Shown here piece by piece: positions 26,831 to 32,931 of a DNA stretch of 32,931 bases. The stretch lies in assembly GCA_934167735.1 (NCBI GenBank), contig CAKPLV010000001.1:1-32931 (forward strand), given 5' to 3'. This stretch comes from an uncultured Clostridia bacterium (lineage in GTDB: Bacteria > Bacillota > Clostridia > TANB77 > CAG-508). Made by a program: the position numbers and the translations under genes. The notes below the pieces were generated by a model. It was not told the DNA's origin. It was given only the letters and a program-made list of their open reading frames with translations, and searched no databases. Numbering within the stretch: position 1 is the stretch's first letter; the number at the start of each line of letters is the position of its first letter.

Positions 26831-28570
26831 TCATTTATAATAGTCATTAAATATTTCTTTTTTAGATATAAACATATTATATAAATATAATTTTCTACCA
26901 TTTGCAACTTTATCAAAAGCTTCTAAATATTCTGGATATTTTTCAAATATAATTTCTCTACATTTATCCAAATCTTCACCATGATGAAACTTCGCATATG
27001 CTCCTTTTACTGAATATTTTACTATTCTTTCTGTTTCCGGAACAATAATATCATATTCATTTAAGATATTTTTAATATCTTTTTCATCTAATATATCTTT
27101 AATTGAATTTGTATTTTTGTTTTTGAAAAAATATCTTCTATAATGTGTTAGACCTGTTATATCTGATTTATCATTTTTCCAAATCCAATATGCAGCTGTT
27201 AGTTCACAAAAATTTGGATTTTTAGTTGAAATATTTTCTTCTGTATTATCTCTTATTTCTGTAAATTTTTCTTTTGTTCCTACTTGTATTGGTTTATAAA
27301 TTTTGTTTTCTGGAAATGTTGCTGGTTTATGTGATACAACATATATTGTTACATTTTCATTTTTTTCTTGTTTTTCTTTCATTTTATCCTCATATAATTT
27401 TATATATTCTTTAAATTTTAACTCTTTATCATAATGTTTAGAACTTTCTAAACATTCTCTAGTTTTCTTTGGCTTTCCTTTTAATTGTTTAACAATTTTT
27501 TCTACTGAATCTACATCACCTTGTTCTACTACATATCCCCATTCTTTGTCAACACTCTCAACACTTCCACCTGTTTTATATGTAATAATTGGTGTTCCAC
27601 AAGCAATTGATTCTAAATTAGTTGTTGGAAAGTTTTCTTCATATGTAGGATTAAAAAATACATCTGCTGTTGTATATAATTCAGCTAATTGTTCTATACT
27701 CTCTGTTCTTGGAATTGAGATTATATTTTGTGGTATATTTTTTTGTTGAGATTTTTTTAATCCTACTAGAACAATTTGATAATTTTCATCTATTTTTTTA
27801 GATAATCTTATAAAAGATTCTAATCCTTTTCTTTTTTCCCATACACTTGCAACTCCAAGAATTATAAATTTATTTTCTAAATTATATTTTTTTCTAAAGT
27901 CTCCTTGTGTTGGTTTAAATTTTTCTAAGTTAATTCCATTATTTATAACTACTACTTTTTTGTCTTTTAAATATGATTGTTTTACTAAATCTGCAAGCCA
28001 TTGTGATGGTGTAACAAGTGTAAGATCTTTAATATTATTAAATAATTCTTTTTTCTTTTCATAATTTTTCTTTGAATTATCAAATATTAGGCTTGGTGGA
28101 TATGTGGTTTTTTGAGGACAATGTTCACATCCTGTTTTCCATTTATCACATTTTGCATAATCAAAATATGTGCAGTGTCCTGTAATTGCCCAACAATTAT
28201 GCATTGTATATATTACTGGTTTATTTATTTTCGCTAAATATTTTAGTAATACTTCAATATTTATATAATATCCTAGTAAACTATGTAATTGTATTATATC
28301 TGGGTCATATTCATCAATCTTTTTTATTAGTCTATGTGTTGCCCATGTTGATAGAAATGCACTATTATCAAATATCATTGATATCCCTATATGAAATAAA
28401 TTATTAATTTTTCCACATATTTTAATTGTTTTAACACCTTCTGGTGCACCTCTTCTACCATAGGCAATGACACAGTCATTGCCCTCTTTTTCTAATACAT
28501 TATATAAATCTACTGCTATTTTTCCAGTACTACAATTTCCACATACTGCATTTATTTGTAAAACTTTCAT
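26831..28570 (-). CDS. GT4 glycosyltransferase fused to a DUF4422-type domain; standard-code ORF ends prematurely at TGA
   Basis: 579 aa. GT4 part with EENFPTTNLESIACG (EX7E). From residue ~406 a DUF4422-like module (VTIYVVSHK, CELTAAYWIWKN, GLTHYRRYF, YNMFISKKEIF) stops about 70 residues short of normal length. Confidence 0.8.
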   Translation of the reverse strand: MKVLQINAVCGNCSTGKIAVDLYNVLEKEGNDCVIAYGRRGAPEGVKTIKICGKINNLFHIGISMIFDNSAFLSTWATHRLIKKIDEYDPDIIQLHSLLGYYINIEVLLKYLAKINKPVIYTMHNCWAITGHCTYFDYAKCDKWKTGCEHCPQKTTYPPSLIFDNSKKNYEKKKELFNNIKDLTLVTPSQWLADLVKQSYLKDKKVVVINNGINLEKFKPTQGDFRKKYNLENKFIILGVASVWEKRKGLESFIRLSKKIDENYQIVLVGLKKSQQKNIPQNIISIPRTESIEQLAELYTTADVFFNPTYEENFPTTNLESIACGTPIITYKTGGSVESVDKEWGYVVEQGDVDSVEKIVKQLKGKPKKTRECLESSKHYDKELKFKEYIKLYEDKMKEKQEKNENVTIYVVSHKPATFPENKIYKPIQVGTKEKFTEIRDNTEENISTKNPNFCELTAAYWIWKNDKSDITGLTHYRRYFFKNKNTNSIKDILDEKDIKNILNEYDIIVPETERIVKYSVKGAYAKFHHGEDLDKCREIIFEKYPEYLEAFDKVANGRKLYLYNMFISKKEIFNDYYK

Positions 28571-28572
28571 TA

Positions 28573-30183
28573 TTATTTCCTTTCAGCTTGTTTTGATTTT
28601 ATTTTTTCAATTATCATTGTACATAGATATCCAAAGTGTATCAATAATGCCAAATTTACAGCTATATATGATGATATTACATATCTATCAATTAATGCTC
28701 CTAATACTGCATTCATTAATACATTTAAAAATGCATATCCATATAATATTGTTAATAATTCATATATTCTAAGTTTTTTGTTTTCATATTTTTTTATTTT
28801 TAAAACAATAAATTTTATAAATGCTGCTAATGCTAATATTGGTGAAGCTAATAAAAATAGTTTAAATGTATATATTGTTATTAAAAATAATCTTGTCATA
28901 TACATATTTACAAATTTTATTTGTCTATTAACACCAACATAATTTTCTATATAACTATAATAATGTTCAGGAACTCCTAAATCATTGATCATATCTCTAT
29001 AAGTATTGTATCCTATGAAACTATTTTCATAAGTATCTGCCCATGTTAATTCATGTGTTGCAACTGCAGAAGCATCTACTGTTTGTGCTTTGAATAATCC
29101 TATTGTTGTAAAATAATTGCATACATAACCTTTTATAATTGAATTTGGATCTTCCAAAAATGCTGACATTTCAAATTTAAGTGCTTCAGCAACAGATACT
29201 GCTTCTTCTTTTGAATATAATACTTTTATTTTTGTATTATTTGCACATTCATATAATGCATAATTTTTATATTGTTTTGATTTTCCATCTATTATTTCAT
29301 TTATTTTGTCTTTATCCTCTTGAGATATTTTTTCATTTGCAGTTATTTTTTCTTTTGTGTATTCTTCTTTATCTTCTATATAATGATATTCTGTCATTCC
29401 TGCAAGAATTTGACCACTTAAAAATCCTGAAGAAGTTCTTCCTTGTTCAATTACAACATTATAATGTACTAATGTAAAATTCCACAATTTAATACTTGCT
29501 AATAATGTTATTCCACATACTACTAAAGATACTGCTCTTTGTAAAACATTTTTCCAGTTCCAGTTCTTTATGTAACTTAAAATTATACTTATAATTACTG
29601 GTGCAAGTATTGTTAATACATATGGTTGTTTTAAATGCCACATAAATGCCATTGAACATCCAAAGTATAATGTATATATTATATATTTTATTTTACTTGT
29701 CTCAAAATTACATTCAATCCATTTCCATGCAAAATATGATGCAACTATACATGCTGTCATAGAAACAAATTCTGTTAATATTACATGATAATATCCAAAA
29801 ATCATTGGGTTTAATATTATTAAAAACACAGCTAAAATTACTAATGCTATTTTTAAGAATTTATTAAATTTGAATTCTTCATCCATTTCTTTTAATATTT
29901 CATATGTAACTCCCAATACTGCTACATATGCTATAGACATCCCTATTTGTAATGATATTACATTTTCTCCACAAATTACGGTCAAAATGTGGATAATCAT
30001 TGGAAATACTATTCCTCTGGCAACATCCCAATTTTGAAATGATGCTCTATCTCCTATTAAGTTTGACAACCATGTATAGTGTGAAGAATCAACACATATA
30101 ACAATGTTATAACTAAAAAATATTATTGTTAATATAACTAATGCTGTGATACTTAATATTTTTTTTACTTTTTCTTTTCTCAT
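28573..30183 (-). CDS. Polytopic membrane protein with ~170-aa extracytoplasmic loop; candidate GT-C-fold glycosyltransferase or glycan polymerase
   Basis: 536 aa. About 8 N-terminal TMs with an Asp-containing first loop (VCVDSSHY), a soluble K/E-rich loop, then about 4 C-terminal TMs. 1-2 nt junctions on both sides. No family recognised with certainty. Confidence 0.55.
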   Translation of the reverse strand: MRKEKVKKILSITALVILTIIFFSYNIVICVDSSHYTWLSNLIGDRASFQNWDVARGIVFPMIIHILTVICGENVISLQIGMSIAYVAVLGVTYEILKEMDEEFKFNKFLKIALVILAVFLIILNPMIFGYYHVILTEFVSMTACIVASYFAWKWIECNFETSKIKYIIYTLYFGCSMAFMWHLKQPYVLTILAPVIISIILSYIKNWNWKNVLQRAVSLVVCGITLLASIKLWNFTLVHYNVVIEQGRTSSGFLSGQILAGMTEYHYIEDKEEYTKEKITANEKISQEDKDKINEIIDGKSKQYKNYALYECANNTKIKVLYSKEEAVSVAEALKFEMSAFLEDPNSIIKGYVCNYFTTIGLFKAQTVDASAVATHELTWADTYENSFIGYNTYRDMINDLGVPEHYYSYIENYVGVNRQIKFVNMYMTRLFLITIYTFKLFLLASPILALAAFIKFIVLKIKKYENKKLRIYELLTILYGYAFLNVLMNAVLGALIDRYVISSYIAVNLALLIHFGYLCTMIIEKIKSKQAERK

Positions 30184-30184
30184 G

Positions 30185-32743
30185 TTATTCTCCTTTTAAT
30201 TTACCTTTTATTTTTTTAGCAATTCTCCATATTTTTGAACTTCTTAATCTTTCATATTTATAAACAACATGTCCATATGTATTTGTATATATTTCATATT
30301 GATATGCTGTATTTTGTTTTTGATAATCTATTAATCCATATATATTTGCTGGTTCTTCATTTTTATGTTCTACTGATTTATATATATCATAATATTGTTT
30401 TTGCATTTCTTCTACTGATTTGAATTTATAATTTGCAAAATTGCTTTTTATTTTGTTATATTCTTTTGTATTTTTTGATATTTCAGAAATTCTTTTTAAT
30501 ATATCTTCTTCTTTTGTGTTTAAATCAATTGTCCATCCTAAATTTCCAGCTTTTATTCTTTCAGCAATTGCTCCTATATTAAATGAAAGTACTGGTATAT
30601 TTGCCATAAATGCTTCTGTTAATGTATATGAATATGTTTCTGGTACTGTTGATAATATACATACAAGATCAATTTCATTTTTAACAAGCAATTCTGGTAA
30701 TTCTTCTCTATTATATTGTCCATGATAAAAATAGTTTGAGTGATTTTGTTTTAAATAATTGTCATCTGCTTTTCCAAATAAGTGTAATTCTATTTCACTA
30801 TTTGTATTTTTAGCAATCATTTCTTTTAAAACACTGCTTCCTTTATGTGGAACCATTACACCTGTAAATGCAACTTTAAATTTACTTTTATCTTGTTTTT
30901 CATGATGATCTAATTTAACAATTGTTGTTCCATGTTCAATAACATCAATTTTTAATTCTGAATAAAAATTATTAAATATTGTTTTTGTATTATTTGATGG
31001 AACTATTATTTTGTCAAATCTTTTTAAAATATTATAACAATTTCTTCTCCAACTCTCGATAATATTATGATTTATTCCATATCTTTGATGTAGACAATTT
31101 TCACAATTTCTCTTTTCATTTGTTTCACAATATTTTTCTTCATAAACCATATTTATTGAAGGACATAACATATATAAATCATGTAATGATATTACTTTAT
31201 ATGTGTTATATTTTTCTGCAATATCAATTATATCAAATGTTTGGAATAACAAATGATGTACATGTACTATGTCAAATTTATATGCTTCAAATATTTTTTC
31301 TAACATATTTTTATATGAACTGTCTGTATATATAGTTTGTCCATAATCTCTTATTTGTGTTTTAAATGTATTTATTTTTCTTGAATAATTTTTTGTATAT
31401 AAATACAAATCAAATACAGATAAATCAAATCTATTTGGTGCTAGTACAAAACATGCCATTTCATCTTTCATTTTATTTATTATATCTTTTAAATGTAAAG
31501 ATGTTCCACCTGTCATTTGCATATCTTCTTGCCATTCATTTATTAAGAATAATACTCTTTTTTGTTTGTACATTTGTAAGTTAATTATTATATTTTCTTG
31601 AATTTCTCTAAATGGATTTTTAGATATAAACATATCTGTTTTTTGTACATATATTGGGTATTTTTCTCTAAGTCTTTTCATATGACTTTTTACAAGCTCA
31701 GCTCTGGCTTGTGTCATATTTTCTACTTTAAATGATTGTGTTCCTTTATGATATATAAATGTATTATCACATAAAACATTTGTATATCCATAATCTAATG
31801 CTCTATAACAAAAGTCGTTTTCTTCTCCAAATCCTTTTTCAAATGTAATATCATCAAAAAGTCCAATTTCGTCTAGTACAGATCTTTTTATGTACATACA
31901 ATATCCATTTCCTGTAGTTACTTCTGGATATCTTTTTTCTGAACAATCTTCTACAAGTTTTGCAAATTCTTCAAGAGTTAGGTCTTTTGGAAGCTCATTA
32001 TCAACTCCAAAATTAGGTATTGAAAATATTGTTCCATTGTTTGTAAATGGTGTTACTGTTGCAATATGTTCATTTGAATATGCACATTCACTTATTTTTT
32101 CTAACCAATTTGCAGTTACTTCTGTATCACTATTTAATAGTATTACATCATTTTTAGAATATTTCATTCCTTTATTAACTGTTTTTACAAATCCTAGATT
32201 TTCTTCATTATCTAATACTATCGCTTCTTTAAGTTCTTCTTGAACTGATTTTGGAAGTGATTTTATTTGTATAGAAGTTTTTTCTACTAATTCTTTTTTG
32301 CCTTCTTTATTATATTTGAAAACACTTATATATCCATCTTCATTTTCTAATGTGTATTTGTTTGCTTTTGATAAATCCGTACCGTCTTCAGAAGTCTTTA
32401 GAATTATTTGATATTTATTCATTGTTGATACTTCTTTATCTGGATATTTTTCTTTTAATGCTGTTTTTATTTCGTCTTCAGTTTTATTTAATAAGTCCTC
32501 ATTTACTTTACCTAACATTACAGGTATTTCATTATCGTCTTGAAGCCATATTTGGCAATATTCATCTAATTTGAATTTTTGTTTACTAGAAAGATTCTTT
32601 TGAGTTGTGTTGTCAACTTTTGTGCTGTTTGCTTCAAGTGTTTCGTAGCTTTTTACTCCTACGAAAATACCTCCACTTAATAATATTACTCCTAATGCTA
32701 TTAATGACGGAATAATCCAGCGATAATTATCCATGTTTTTCAT
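30185..32743 (-). CDS. Membrane-anchored bifunctional glycosyltransferase: TM + unknown (BofC-like?) module + GT2 core + GT4 domain
   Basis: 852 aa. N-terminal TM (IIPSLIALGVILLSGGIFVGV). GT2 blocks: NLGFVKTVNKG, ILLNSDTEV, GFGEENDFCYRA. C-terminal GT4 with PETYSYTLTEA (EX7E). AAAGGAGGAGGA RBS. Confidence 0.8.
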   Translation of the reverse strand: MKNMDNYRWIIPSLIALGVILLSGGIFVGVKSYETLEANSTKVDNTTQKNLSSKQKFKLDEYCQIWLQDDNEIPVMLGKVNEDLLNKTEDEIKTALKEKYPDKEVSTMNKYQIILKTSEDGTDLSKANKYTLENEDGYISVFKYNKEGKKELVEKTSIQIKSLPKSVQEELKEAIVLDNEENLGFVKTVNKGMKYSKNDVILLNSDTEVTANWLEKISECAYSNEHIATVTPFTNNGTIFSIPNFGVDNELPKDLTLEEFAKLVEDCSEKRYPEVTTGNGYCMYIKRSVLDEIGLFDDITFEKGFGEENDFCYRALDYGYTNVLCDNTFIYHKGTQSFKVENMTQARAELVKSHMKRLREKYPIYVQKTDMFISKNPFREIQENIIINLQMYKQKRVLFLINEWQEDMQMTGGTSLHLKDIINKMKDEMACFVLAPNRFDLSVFDLYLYTKNYSRKINTFKTQIRDYGQTIYTDSSYKNMLEKIFEAYKFDIVHVHHLLFQTFDIIDIAEKYNTYKVISLHDLYMLCPSINMVYEEKYCETNEKRNCENCLHQRYGINHNIIESWRRNCYNILKRFDKIIVPSNNTKTIFNNFYSELKIDVIEHGTTIVKLDHHEKQDKSKFKVAFTGVMVPHKGSSVLKEMIAKNTNSEIELHLFGKADDNYLKQNHSNYFYHGQYNREELPELLVKNEIDLVCILSTVPETYSYTLTEAFMANIPVLSFNIGAIAERIKAGNLGWTIDLNTKEEDILKRISEISKNTKEYNKIKSNFANYKFKSVEEMQKQYYDIYKSVEHKNEEPANIYGLIDYQKQNTAYQYEIYTNTYGHVVYKYERLRSSKIWRIAKKIKGKLKGE

Positions 32744-32931
32744 TACTTATGTCCTCCTCCTTTGTAAATATGTAGGATTTTTATTAGTATCTTAGCCATT
32801 TTTTTGAATATTTATACACTAATAAACTTATATTTTGGTTATATTTTTTGAGCTCCTAAAATATAATTATTAATAATATTTTTATGAAATCGAGGTGTTC
32901 TATTTTGGAAAATAATTCTTATACTTTAGTA

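Noticed and set aside
26831-26833. TGA as selenocysteine, or as evidence of a genome-wide TGA=Trp code (translation table 4).
   Set aside because: The family position is expected to be Trp, not Cys/Sec, and no SECIS-like hairpin is apparent downstream. All other large genes in the window are intact under the standard code. TGG encodes Trp in at least one gene here (checked in the small peptide, 14866-14868). A global reassignment is therefore not supported. Only local read-through or mutation remains, as reported in the findings.
32884-32931. Possible start of a plus-strand gene at the right edge (ATG 32884, or TTG 32905 preceded by GAGGTG).
   Set aside because: Only 9-16 codons fall within the window, which is too little to support a call.
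1-32931. Search by eye for CRISPR arrays, IS/transposase genes, integrases, tRNA/rRNA genes, riboswitch-like GC-rich leaders and toxin-antitoxin or known defence-system genes.
   Set aside because: None found. The intergenic regions are short and AT-rich, the only sizeable repeats are the in-frame protein repeats of the GH25 gene, and no ORF shows transposase, integrase or defence-type motifs.

Overview
AT-rich chromosomal window that looks like a low-GC Firmicute of the Clostridia type. 22 of the 24 complete genes are on the minus strand, tightly packed, with many 1-25 nt or overlapping junctions. From 1 to 14.5 kb there is a housekeeping block: a GH15 hydrolase cut by the window edge, a beta-CASP nuclease, an unknown 508-aa protein, ftsK, an unknown coiled-coil protein, rsmD, divIVA, sepF, a HlyD-like protein, miaA, a small membrane protein and mutL. 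From 14.8 to 16.4 kb a two-gene plus-strand island is bracketed by terminators: a 38-aa Cys/Gly-rich peptide missing from the ORF track, and a vWA surface protein with an LPKAG sorting signal. An orphan mreB paralogue follows. From 17.5 to 32.7 kb lies a cell-wall glycopolymer locus: a GT2-GT4 giant, a polytopic GT-C/polymerase-like membrane protein, a GT4-DUF4422 fusion, a Wzx-type flippase, a GT2, glf, a GH25 muramidase with seven ~115-aa repeats, galE, a GtrB/ArnC-like polyprenyl-phosphate glycosyltransferase and a small EamA/ArnE-like membrane protein. No rRNA, tRNA, CRISPR array, IS element or prophage gene was seen. Main points for a second look: (1) an in-frame TGA splits the DUF4422 domain where a conserved Trp is expected, and the frame continues for 68 codons up to the next gene's RBS. 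(2) 11-bp-phased TGTAAY hexamer arrays matching the WalR/YycF consensus lie upstream of the sepF-divIVA and rsmD promoters. (3) MutL has substitutions in all three metal-ligand motifs of its endonuclease site, a ~285-aa acidic linker and no adjacent mutS. (4) The tiny Cys/Gly-rich membrane peptide. (5) The unrecognised 7x repeat module on a muramidase embedded in a glycan operon. All functional calls rest on motif recognition by eye. No database search was run.
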